Shown here in pieces: positions 24,201 through 35,860 of a stretch of 64,000 nt of DNA. The notes beneath the pieces are model-generated. The model was given only the letters and a program-made list of their open reading frames with translations, ran no database searches and had not been told where the DNA came from. A program made the translations under genes and the position numbers. The stretch is from Botryllus schlosseri. Taxonomy: Eukaryota. The stretch spans positions 10,912,001 to 10,976,000 of the forward strand of contig CM119375.1 of the NCBI GenBank assembly GCA_051294905.1. Direction: 5' to 3'. Each line of letters begins with the position of its first letter. The stretch's first letter is position 1.

Positions 24201-26707
24201 AAGTAAAAAGTTCTAAAAGAAGATTTTGTGCTCTATTCTATCCCAGGGGTTCTTGAACAGGGCCCGTAGACCCTTTTGTGGTACGATATGCATCGTGGAA
24301 TTAGACCTATATGCTGTGGTTCTCGTGCTATGCGCAATTTTATGTGAATTGACTATCTGATTTTAATATAGGTACCATCAGAAATTGTGTTGAAAATAAA
24401 TTTTGGGCTGCTAGAAATCTTATGAGTAGCATGAAGTGTGCGATCGCTAAGGCTAAGAATCAATGCTATTACTATGGCTAAAGTTGTTGATATGTTCCAA
24501 TAATAATCGAAGCCAACATCTAATTCTGAATTAATTTGACTTTGGTAATGACAGTAGCAACAGCCTACTTATCACGACTATATCAAAACCCGGATTAGGC
24601 TACACCGCTCAAATGCTCTGATACCAGATCAAATTTCAGTAGATTTTAAAATACAACTGTGACACGTCAAAGGTCCACCAACTGAAATAGTATAACCCAG
24701 AGTTTGATGATGTCATGATGCATCCTATTGCATCATCTCTATAACTCATTATTTTAACAAATTATGCCCAGCACAAAAATAATTTTATTGAAATATTCAA
24801 AACTGTGATTTTTTTTCGTGTCAAACGTGAATAATACAATAGTAAATTATATTCTCGAGATGTTTGTGGAATGCCTGTCTGCAAGCTCCCGTCAAATAAG
24901 GCCTACATGGAAATTCTACATTGAATATCCCTATCTTGCTGCGTCGTCAAAAATCCGGAAATTGACCTGCGACCACATTTGAATTTGAAGCCTCTGCTCT
25001 ATATGATGTGACAACATTATGAACAAGGAAAAGTTGAAATATCTATCTCGTATGCGAATTCGAAGAAAATGAATACCGGCTCTACATCATATCGAAGAAT
25101 GTTTTTTAGATTTAAGATAATTCCTATTTTATTGTACTTTGAGACAATACATTTGTCATTCACACGATCGTGCGTAGCTACGTCCTACATGTGCCGTGTT
25201 CTGCGATATGACGACTCTATATTTTTAGGCCTCGCAGTGGTACATAGAATCGGAATTCTAATTCTTGTTGAATACAATTTATGTACCCTAAAAGATCATC
25301 TGTTTCGACTTATCGTTGCTCTATTCAGATTCGTGGCAAGCCCTAGTTGTAGTAGGTGATAAGTTCCAAATAAAGGTGGTCAAAGTATTCATCGTTAGTA
25401 CCGTACTAAATAGTATAAATAGCGATTTACAAGACATCAAACTACTTCCAAGTGTCGACATGGTCAAAATATGGAGACTTGAGGAATGTCGTAGTTGTAT
25501 GCTTTTAAACAGAGATAAGGAAAGCAATCATGTTCAGCACTCAATCAGAAATATTTGTAGCGTCAGTCGTCTAGTACAAGTAAGAGTAACGCAATGTATT
25601 TCTACTCGGGTTCAAGCACTCAAGCAGCGATATACATGGCTTATCAAAACTATTTTAGGTAAAGTAGAAGTTCTGGAAAGTACTGAAGTATGTACTTGAG
25701 GTGTTTCCACAATATAATTTGATTGACGGGTTTCATACTCTGTATCACAACGTCAGAAGCTCCCGTACTCGAGTAGACATTGTAGTATCGTCATAAATTA
25801 TCACTCAGCACAAGTAGAAGTAGCGGATCACAATTAATGCATGAGGGAATAGAAATTGAAGCAGCTCTGACGCAAATTTCATGTGCTATGTCAGCAGAGT
25901 GGCTCTACAAATGATTTGCTGACATTGTTGTATATGTTTCAGGCAAAACAAAGACCAAGAAGAAAACTGTTGTTGCAACCAAGTTTATTGCGAATACGCA
26001 CTCGCGCTTTTAACATGATGCGGTGCAAATGATGCATCGTTTTATAATATGCAATGTAAATTTTACTTATGATTGCTCCATCCTTTTCCCTGTTTTAGTT
26101 GTATTAGCAGTTGTACTTTTTCAAAGTCATGTGACACGTTTATTTCTAATTTCATGATGCACTTCAATTGAAATGTTCGTAATGGTAATATAAAATTGAC
26201 TTAGAACTTGCTGTTATATGCAAAATCCCACTGACACATTTATTCGTAGTGATTTCCTGATCGATTTTTCACGTAAGCCTGAACTTTGTTTACCAGTAAT
26301 AGTTCATTAGTTAATGTTGTACTTGTATTTTGCAATTGTCGTTTTACAGTAACCCAATATAAACAGTTCGTTAGTTTATATGATGTTGAATTCCATGTAA
26401 TTGCACCAGGTTAGGAGGGGGGTCCTGATATGGTAATCCTGAGGAATAGAACAGAACAGGTGATAAATGACATATCCATAGGGAGTCACGTCGCGTCCAC
26501 AGTAGGTCTGACGCATCCATAGAGAGTCATGTCACGTTCACAGCAGATCCAATGAGTCCATCTGGAGTCGCTCCACGTCCACAGTAGACCAACTCAGGAA
26601 GTGTTTAGGACGCTTCTAGTAGTCGACAAATTCACTCCAGGGAAGTAACACTGGGCGTCCTGCGTCTTTTCCGCAGGAAGTCAACTGGACATCGGGTGTT
26701 TGCTGGG
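21219..26707 (+). mobile_element. 5.5-kb CACTA/EnSpm (CMC)-type transposon relic
   Basis: 17-bp perfect TIR cccagcaaacacccgat; TA on both sides; arrays of short (cacgtcc/ggacg-like) subterminal repeats at 21240-21480 and 26470-26690; decayed transposase-like motifs inside. Confidence 0.75.
21600..25330 (+). pseudogene. Heavily decayed animal-type EnSpm transposase remnants
   Basis: Ordered motif traces across frames: DGI (21808); Q*AIL where QxWPIL is expected (21846-21860); KPAFFYL (21926); YN..FDDV (~24690); DNSYFIVL..FMYPKRSS (~25100-25300). Many stops and frameshifts; boundaries approximate. Confidence 0.4.
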
Positions 26708-27377
26708 TAGCTACATGATCTGTAGGACTATTATGTATAGCCTTGATCTTGGATAATAAAGCATTCGAGTGAAAACAAAGGTATGGATTTGGAGGTAACT
26801 TATTGGAATTATTTGACTGGTGCGGCCTGCGAGAGAACAAAAGGTTTGAATCCGGCATGCGACCCAAGTTGACTTTGACACCCATGCCCTATGCTATTCT
26901 CTTTCGTCCGCTATTATATGCATCCTATATAGCAGGGGTCGGGAATCTTTTTCGTCCTATATGTTCCATTTTAACGCCCAAAGAGGCATGCATGTTAATC
27001 ATCTGGTACACCATAATTGAAAATTCACGAGGTCATGATAGCACTAATTGGAACTCACTGGGAGTCGTCGTGTGCGTCGTATTTTCTTTGTAAAAACTCA
27101 TACTAATCATGCTGGTTGCATCTGATCATGCGAAACGTGAGTTACGTGGATCTTTTACAAGTTGCAATCTTTTTAATTGTATTACAGTGGCAGGCATATG
27201 ATTTTGCGAAGCTGCAGACAATCATTATTTGGATTTCCAACGGATGTAGACAACAGTGAAATATGAATCTATTATTTTCACAAAATGGGGGTTCCAAAAC
27301 CGAACCCCTGACCTGCATACGCCACTGTATTGACCTCTCAGATACAAAAATTATTGGGCCGATATTGCGGCTAGTGA

Positions 27378-27556
27378 GACACGGTTTTGTTTGTTTGTTT
27401 GTTTTTGGGGTATTCATGGTGTTTGTCGACTACTATGGTCATTTACACCAGGCCGATATTTTTTTTATTTTCCGTAACTGCCGAGTTATAGCACGGCCCA
27501 CCTCTAGGCTTTTCTAAGACACCGCTGACGCGGATGAGGTGGCGAGGAGGAGCCTA
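27378..27556 (-). mobile_element. 3' half and (AAAC)n tail of a SINE split by the Harbinger insertion
   Basis: gttttgtttgtttgtttgtttttggggtattcatgg...ggcgaggaggagccta; homologous to 3157-3277, 4106-4140 and 6400-6560. Confidence 0.7.
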
Positions 27557-28778
27557 GGTGGGTTTCAAATAGTCGACTTAGGCCCGTCGTCGGGCTTAAG
27601 CTAAACCCCTCAGGCTGAAGTCGGTTTCAAAACTGTGACTTGAGGGGATTTCCCCTCCAGCGTGCGCTTTGTTAAGACAGATATCCAAGCCAGCTAGGGG
27701 GTAGGCTGAAGTCAACAGTGCTGATAACTGTTGTGCTGTTTGTTGAAGGATACTGGCCGTTCTTCTGATGTATAGCTTGGCAAATCAGATTAGATCATTT
27801 TATATTGATGTCAGGCAGTTTGGAACAATGTTTATATCACAAACGTGACAAGTTGGTATCATATATACCGTTATAGTGGGATTTACAGTGGAATGCTGCA
27901 GGGGTCTTCGTATACTGAACGGATTTCAATTCAAATGGACAGCCAGACCCCTGAGGCACACAGGACACATCAGCACTTCTTCCATAACCGCACCATATAG
28001 TATCAAGCAATGTTCCCCATGACCACCATAACCCGCGTTCGCTGGCTCCAATCGATTCGGTTACGAATATGATATGACTATGGTTACGAGACACGGGAAG
28101 TGATATTTGGGGTAAGGCGTAAAGGTGCCTAGCGTTGGACTTGCGAATCCCGCCCATTTTGGCAAAGAAAGGTCAGCGATAAGAATCCGCTACGGGTAAT
28201 GATGCTGATCAGTGGTCATGGGGAACATCAGTTAATATAGTGCATGTATCGAAGAAGCCCCAAGATGAGATTTTAGGTTGCGGCAGATCAACAGATCCTT
28301 TATTGATAGCCTACATGCTACGTCAACTCATCATTATAGTTTTCTCGACTGGTTACGTCTTTTAACTTAGGCACGTTGACGTTTTGACAGTTTGGCTTTG
28401 CTGTGGTTATAGCCAAAAAGTGAACACACGACGCATCACCAGAAAATGGAAAATATGTATCATGCTCATTTTGTTGAGCCTAATCAATGTTGCACCACTT
28501 GCACGCAACTGTGATTGATTGCAGGGTTCCCCTCAATATCCATTTTCGCTCCACCCCTATGAGCATTGTCATAAATATGTTTAACTGCTACTTTCTAGAA
28601 TAGTGCCGACTACATGGAACTTTGATCAATATGTGTCTATTCAACCAGCATTGTATTGATATTCCGTTCACTGCACGCGCACCGAATTTCAGCATACTGG
28701 ATAAAGATCCAGAAGTTTCGGAAAGAAAAATGACATGACTTTGCATGAAGTTGTTAGTGAATTGCTATAGATGTGAAG

Positions 28779-28953
28779 CAATGTTCCCTCTAATTTTTGA
28801 CGAGTCTGTGCGTACACTCAAGAACTCACTACGCAGACCCTCGAAAAACAGTGCGTAACGACTAAAAAAGGGTCATGACTTCAGATTTTCTGTGTGCATA
28901 AACCGTGTCAGCACTGCGCATTTGCGCATGTATGCAGCTTAAAGGGGCCATTG
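28779..28953. mobile_element. hAT-class MITE, family C (175 bp), nested in the Harbinger relic
   Basis: Ends caatgttccctctaa / ttaaaggggccattg; perfect TSD atgtgaag. Relatives at 31710 and 55104. Confidence 0.88.
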
Positions 28954-29560
28954 ATGTGAAGTGATATATGCCAATAATATTCAAAGTGCAGTACATGCTA
29001 ACGCTTCAGTAATCCAAATGTTTTGAGATATATGTCAATTCAACATTGATTTTCACAGATTTGCTACCCAGTCATAGTATCGACATAGCAGCATAATCAG
29101 TCCATGTAAAAATTATTATATAGCTGTGCAATGTGCCACCAGAGTGAGCTGCAGGCTGTGAAACAAATGATAGCACCATTCTTTTGGAACACAGAGAAAA
29201 TCAAACGAGCAGTGATGTGCCAAGCCATCAAATAGGTATTTATCTATCTATCCGTATATGTGAGTGTGAATGCGCATACCAATATCCGGTTCCTTTTATA
29301 TTAAGGTTTTTCTGAAAGCACTTTGCTCGAGCTTTATCCAGTTCCTCGCACCATGATACCAACACTGGGCTGTAAGTATGTCATTTCCATTCATATTTAT
29401 ACCATGCTTGATAAGTTGTTTTGTAATAGATGCTGACCCATCTGATGTGCCAACTTATGGAGTAGCAGTTGGGAGCTGCATCTGCTAGTTGTTTGGGCAA
29501 CATTTCCAACCAGATCAAGGTAAGTTTGCATTCATTACTAGGCCATCAATTGTCTGTTTG

Positions 29561-29638
29561 TTATCTCATTATTATTGCTATTAATTATTATCTCATTATT
29601 ATTGCTATTAATTATTATCTCATTATTATTGCTATTAA
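29561..29638. repeat. 27-bp tandem repeat, ~3 copies
   Basis: ttatctcattattattgctattaatta repeated. Confidence 0.9.
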
Positions 29639-30142
29639 CATTTGTATAGTTTGCTGATGCTATGTATTACAATAGACTATTGAGTTTTGTATGGATAGCA
29701 ACAGTATAAAATTTAAAAAATCCGTTCGAAATTTATCAGTTATATCTCTACCAACAGCTCACCGAAGTCCAGGCCCGAAGTCAACTATGAAGCAGCGAAG
29801 ATTTGAAAATCAGTGATAAAGCAGAAGAGAATGAAACAAGTTGAGCATGGTCTCAACGTTAATAATTATAGAAGATGCTGAACAACATTAATTTGACGCT
29901 AGCCGAATCTAGAGTCAAAACATGTCTTTTGTACATTTGATTCAATTTTGTTCAGCCGTTCATGTTCGCCTGCTCCAGTTTTCCAAGCCCCTTGCAATAA
30001 CTTCGCTATCTTGTGTCCAAATTTATGAACTTGAACTTACTTAAAGCCATAATGCACATTTTACCTCATTTTAACGTGTCACAAGAAATAAAGCACCAGT
30101 ATGTTTTGGAATGTAATCAAATGTATTGCAAAAATCTCTAGA

Positions 30143-30840
30143 TCATGCGTTGTCGTGCAGATTTCTCTGTAGGAGTCGATACTGTGGGAGTGCGGTCAAC
30201 GCTTCCAGTTGCAGTATGTCATCAAATTCAGCTCCATCTGCCTTGTCAGCATTGCTATGATTGTAAAGGCAGAAGCAGGCTATTGTCATATCGATATTCT
30301 GAGGTTCTTCCTTGAATATAGCCAATGTGCGAGATATTTTCTTCAACACAAAGCACTGCGCTCTGCCAGAGGGTAACGATATGCATGAAAACAATAGTGA
30401 CTTTTTTCGGTCAAAGTTCTTGGGCATAATAGTGGCGTGAGTAATAAGTCCTCAGTGGATATTCAGCATCTCCAAGAGCATAATCTTCATCAATTAATAT
30501 GCCAAAATGCTGGGCAGTTGTGTCTTCAAAAATCGGTATCACATCACAGCCGCACTATTTCTTCGAATACTTTGCGATAACGTGCTGATCATTTGCCAGA
30601 TACTTCCTCGGGGTTCCGTTCTGATCATCCGTCCGTAAATTTCAACAACTCAAGCAATTCCGTATTCCTTCACCGCATCGCTACCATACTATACGACATC
30701 AGCAAGCAACTCAAAACAATAACAACTGGCCTCGGTTCCGTGTTGAACTCGCTACAGCGACGAAGTAGACAGTAATTACTCGCAACTAACGGACTTGGCC
30801 GAGCGCGGCGCCAAATTGACATTTGAAACCGAATTAAGAC
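30143..30840 (-). pseudogene. Harbinger (DDE_Tnp_4/HARBI1-like) transposase remnant
   Basis: Minus-strand traces in the expected order: GFKCQFGAALG (GFPxxxGAIDG-like); YALGDAEYPLRTY (GDxAYPL motif); RAQCFVLKKISRTL..EPQNIDMTIACFCLYN (AFGILKxRFRIL..ACxxLHN-like). Confidence 0.6.
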
Positions 30841-30921
30841 CGCCGACGTCTGGCGTCTTGAGCAAGTCAATCACTGGCCTTAAGCCAGGTCTAAATTAAG
30901 ACAACTTTTTGAAACCCACCC

Positions 30922-31015
30922 TTAGGTATCGGAATTCGGAAGTCGACCTCGGTCGGACTCGAACCCGCACCCATTGCTGTTGCAGCCGCGGATTATACCA
31001 CTGCGCTATCTCGCC
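30922..31015 (-). mobile_element. tRNA(Cys)-like head of the split SINE (Pol III A and B boxes)
   Basis: Minus strand GGCGAGATAGCGCAGTGGTATAATCCGCGGCTGCAACAGCAATGGGTGCGGGTTCGAGTCC: A box TAGCGCAGTGG (30998-31008), B box GGTTCGAGTCC (30955-30965), GCA at the anticodon position. Acceptor stem does not close. Confidence 0.7.
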
Positions 31016-31709
31016 ACAGAGTGAGACACGGTACTAGCTGAAATACTGACTAACCTACGGATAGATGTCCAACACGTGATTTAACAGTTGAGTACCGCGA
31101 CGGTGCTGCCGATTTGTGGTCGGTCGATTGATTGACCGTAAAAATACAGTTATGTTTGGTTTGAAGAGGACGCGGAGAACAGGCTATTTAGTGGTACAGT
31201 ACATCTAGCAATTGTCGCGGCTATCAAAGCATTAATATCAGTAGAATATTTGATGAGCAAAAGAAGTCATGAGATTCACTCATTCAACGTTTCAATGTTA
31301 TCATTTTGTTTCAATATTGACCGTCATTTTTCAGCTAAGGCTTCCTTAAAACGGTTTGATTTGTATAATCAAAATCATATATAGGTTTTGATATAAATTG
31401 ATAAAAAGAAGAAGTTTTCATAATCTAGATATTATTAATATGGAGACAGTCGATTGGGAATTACTGACTGAGGATATCATCCATGAGTTACTAGGTAGAT
31501 ACGGATGATAAATCAGCAGCACTACTCTAATGTGTTCGGAAAGAAGCAAAACTTGTCGTTTTATTGCACCGGGACATACCTCGGATAAAAGCAAACCATG
31601 TTGTAATACTACACCCGGACAAATTATGGAGGTACTGCCAGGGGTTTGCAACATCCCTAATAGACACCACAATATTTCGACAATGATATCTTCTACCAGG
31701 GATGGCCAA

Positions 31710-31902
31710 CAATGTTCCTTCTAATTTTTCACGAGTCTGCGCGAACTCACCAACTCACCGCGTGGTTCCTTGGACAACAGCGCGTTACGACTAAAAATGG
31801 TAATCACTTCGGCTTTCCGGTGCGCGGCATAGATTTTCCTGTGCGCGGCGACTTTGTCAGCAGTGCGCGGCCGCGCACGCACGCAGCTTAGCATGGACAT
31901 TG
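31710..31902. mobile_element. hAT-class MITE, family C
   Basis: Ends caatgttccttctaa / ttagcatggacattg; TSD atggccaa / gtggccaa. Confidence 0.82.
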
Positions 31903-32241
31903 GTGGCCAACCTGCTGTTGTATAAGGAGATGTGTGTGGCCGTCGACACGTAATCCAATTTGTATGCCGTCGACATGCAAATTGAATTCAAAAATTGACT
32001 CCCGGATTTTTGAGAAATTTTAATTATTCTCGAAATTTTCATCGCGCTAGCCGCGATTAAATGCGACTAATTTTTTTGATTTCAATATAGGAGCCTTGCA
32101 TTCTGAGCCCCACAATACTGATGCGAACAGCAGAGGAAAATGATGCTCCCCATACAGAAATACCAACATGGAATCGCTTTTTCCTCACGAAAGAAATTTG
32201 TTTCTGCATGGTACGTTTAAGCGATTCCAATATCTTTCCAC

Positions 32242-33207
32242 TAGGGATGGTTTGAACCTCTGAAAGGTTCAGGTTCGTGTGAACTCGAACCTTTTAGAAA
32301 GGTTCTGTGTGAACGCGAACGTGAACCTCATGACGTCACGTGACATCATGTTGCTAATTCCAACCCTACATTTCAGTGACTTGATATATTGATGTACACG
32401 ATACCTGTAGCGACAACTCGGGCTAAATTATGCCACACTTCTGAAGTACATACTGACGTTTTAACAGTCGCCAAAAGTAGGCTACTAACTGGAGCAATCA
32501 AATGATATAATAATCCCACAAAATCAATATCCCGTCCCTTTGCCAACAATTTTGACGAGGTCTTGCCAGGCATATCTAGATATCCCTGGTCTGAGTATTG
32601 CTACGCTGATATTGAGCAGAGTGTAAAACCGGTTTCTGTACTTTCTGCCGATATTATCCCATTAACAAGTTATATAGGAGTAGCCAACACCCCGATCACA
32701 CGGATTTGGTTTTTATGACACAATAAACATATCAAATCAAGATGGACCTCATGCCCCTACTAGATTTTTTTTAGACAACGATGTATTCTTTACATAAATT
32801 TCATTGATTGGTATAAGTATAATTCGCTGACTATAGCGACATGTAGCGTATTTCGCTCTTGATGTTGTATGGTTGCGGGTTAAGCTTACAGCAGAGTTCT
32901 TTCACAAACGGAAAACAGAATATTTCTACCAAACTTTTTTAACAAAGCAAGTAAAATGTTTAAGATTTTCAAGGTGGATGCTCGTTTAGTGTTAATTTTT
33001 TATGCTGCCAGCGCCATGCATAGTGTGACTCGCAGTTGAAATGCAAATAATTTAAACCAAAAATGTTATAATTACGTGAAAAATTGTATATATATGAAAA
33101 GGTTCACAGTGCAGAACCTGCAACGGTTCGTTTGTGAGCATGAACCTCTAAAATTCCGAGGTTCACACACAGAACGCGAACGTGAACGCACGTTCACACC
33201 ATCTCTA
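32242..33207. mobile_element. hAT MITE (GAAC/GTTC subterminal repeats)
   Basis: TIR tagggatggtttgaac / rc tagagatggtgtgaac; TSD ctttccac / ctttccgc. Confidence 0.85.
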
Positions 33208-34068
33208 CTTTCCGCTATACCGACAATCCTGATGGGAGGCCAAGAAATACCAGCATGCATCAAAGTGACTAATAACAATTGGCCCACCCCAAGATGCATC
33301 ATCATTTATAACTTGCCCTAAAATTTCGAAAACACCAGCTTCATCAACTCTACCGGTGAATCTGATCACATGAGAAAGGATAAATGTTTGATAGTAATAT
33401 GTGAAACTAATAATATTAATGATGAAAGTGAACCGTGAAGGCTGAGCATCTATTTGACCCTGTCGTCGATATTTTTTTAATCACACTCCGGCAATGCATA
33501 GAAGTTTGCTATCAAGGATTTTCTGGAAATAGCGGTGCAATACATAAGTCAGCTGATTCCAAGTCCATACAAAACATCGAAGTGAACAAACAGAAAGTCA
33601 CTTTCGTGCACTATAAATTTAGAATCCTTTCCTGATCCGGCTCCGGCAGTTGGGCAAATATGTGAATACGGATCCAATCGGGTTTGAGAAAAAAATGCGC
33701 AAATCCTGATCGTCTACATCTCTAAAGCCGATATGAATCATTAGATTGGACCCGAGTATACCGGAAATGGACAATTGGACATGGACAGGTTAACATGGAG
33801 ATTTGGCGTCCAATTATTTCAACGACTATGCACTGAAATGCGGCCGCGCATCTGAAAATGAGATATGTAGTGCATGTCGGGATTGTCAACAAATATCGTG
33901 TTTCGTGTAGTGTAGGCCAATATGCAATGTATATATTCAATGTTGACTATATATATTGAGAAAAACTGAAGAAAGGAAAATAATGAAGGTCAGAATCAAT
34001 TTTAGGATTATATAGCCTACGTTTGCGTAATGTGTAGGAGCCTATAGTCGACGATTGGTATAACGTGG

Positions 34069-35217
34069 CAGACTTGGACAACTAGATAATTGTAGTTGTC
34101 TAATTTCACTAAATTATAGAGCGAAATGCCAGTAATCTAATTCTAATCTAATTTGTGAAATGCTCTTATGACTTATGCTCTAGTCCAAATTCTAATCTAA
34201 TTTGTAACTTGTTCCTATGCTCTAATTTTAATTCTAATCGAATTTATTGTTTTCCTGAAAATGCCTCTTTGTCCGAGGCATTTTGCAGCGAATTAATATG
34301 AATATCCCTCTCGCGTAAGAAAATCCAGTGCCAAACCGCCGTCGCATTACTTACAGCAATGTACATTGTACCGGCATGGTAGTGCTTGTGACGAAAAATA
34401 GCCATGTTGGCATAGTAGCTAATCTGCGAACAACATTCTAGTTTCGATCACAAGTGGAAGTGGAAATATATTTCGAAGCAGAGAGTAAGAGCATGGACTG
34501 CGGTGTTTTGAGTTGCTGGTGAAGAGAAAATCGTTTTCCTCATCTCAAGTTTTTTAAAACTTTACGTTAGTACAACGCCATGCTCACTTACGTAGGCGAT
34601 GGTCATGGTTATAACAAGAAGAAGTAATATTTTATTGAGTAGTACAAATACAACAAGAAATATCATGAACTTCATTATATTTTGAGCTATGAGCTGCGTA
34701 CGCTGCCTGACCATCAGTGACCACGCTTTCAAATCAATTTCAGCGTTTCAAATGCTTTACTTCGCGTTCTTCCAAAATCACAAATCATATCACCGGGCAC
34801 ATGTGGCCCGCGTGTTGGTGGCCTCTGGTATGGTGCAGAAGGAGCCAAGCTTGGTGTAAAGACGTTAACCGTTCTCATGTTCATGGGAATGCACTGTGAT
34901 TCGATATGAACTGAGCTTGATTTTGGCTGTAATTATATTTCTCATTCTAAATTTCATTCATTGTCAAAGTTTTTGAGAATTCAGTGATTCTAATTCTAAT
35001 TCTAATCTAATTTGTAAAAGAACCGAGTAGCACTAATTCTACTTCTAATCTAACTTGTAAAAAGCTGTGTAGCTCTAATTCTAATTCTAAATCTAATTTG
35101 GAGAAATTGTGTAGCTCTAATTCTAATTCCAATCTAATCTGGAAAAAAATGTTCCGCTCTAATTCTAATTCTAATCTAATTTGGAAAAGCTGAAAATTTT
35201 CTAGTTGTCCAAGTCTG
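34069..35217. mobile_element. hAT MITE (TCTAAT subterminal repeats)
   Basis: 17-bp perfect TIR cagacttggacaactag; perfect TSD taacgtgg. Confidence 0.93.
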
Positions 35218-35860
35218 TAACGTGGCACATTGGTTTGGATTAAGGATCTTTATTCGACCTTGCAATTTCTAATTCCCTAATATAGAACTCGCATATATGT
35301 TTCAGGAGAAACAATAAGGAATTACCGAAGTAGCAGGGTGAAGTAGTGGGGCATGTATTTGCCTATGCTGTAACTGACGATCTGGAATGAAGAATGCCCC
35401 ACAAACTATTTTTTTCTTATTTCCACTTGACACCGACTTGGATCGTCATGGTTCGCAATCTTTCATAGGTTGCGTATCACTGTCCCGAGGCTTCCAGAAC
35501 AATTCTATTTCTGTATGTGTAGCATATCATTATATACATCTCATAAACAACTTCAACATGACTTTCTTTCAACACCACTTCCAATTACGGAATAAGGGAT
35601 GATTGCAATTATATGCTCATGACGCCGGTGACGTGGCATCCTTGCAGTATTTACTTGTGACGAAGTGGCACTACTAGAATTTTTATGGATGTAGTACTCA
35701 ATGCCAGTCTATTTTGAGCGAAAGTGATATTGCCTCAGGCACGTCCTTATCCTCACTCACTCGCATGCGAAGACTGTGACCTCATGCATAAATAGAAGAG
35801 GTTTGACCGCGACCCTACAGAGACCAACTACAGATAAGGCAACAAGACTTGCCCATTATC

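Larger units (their letters stand above)
27557..30921 (-). mobile_element. PIF/Harbinger transposon relic (~3.4 kb)
   Basis: Imperfect TIRs ggtgggtttcaaatagtcgactta / rc gggtgggtttcaaaaagttgtctta, both followed by ggcttaag. 3-bp flanks cta / tta (TWA-like). Contains decayed Harbinger transposase. Confidence 0.72.

Noticed and set aside
26450-26690. CRISPR-like spaced repeats
   Set aside because: Eukaryotic context, degenerate units without unique spacers, and a position next to a transposon TIR make these subterminal repeats.
27837-28157. VPQGS motif suggesting a LINE reverse transcriptase
   Set aside because: There is no YADD/FADD or other RT motif, and the codons overlap a small caggggtct...agacccctg inverted repeat, so it is probably chance.
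30942-31015. Functional tRNA-Cys gene
   Set aside because: The acceptor and T stems do not pair, and the sequence continues into a repeat body found in other copies, so it is a SINE head.
35007-35228. Leucine-zipper-like LELELE ORF
   Set aside because: It is the translation of TCTAAT subterminal repeats of the 34069-35217 MITE.
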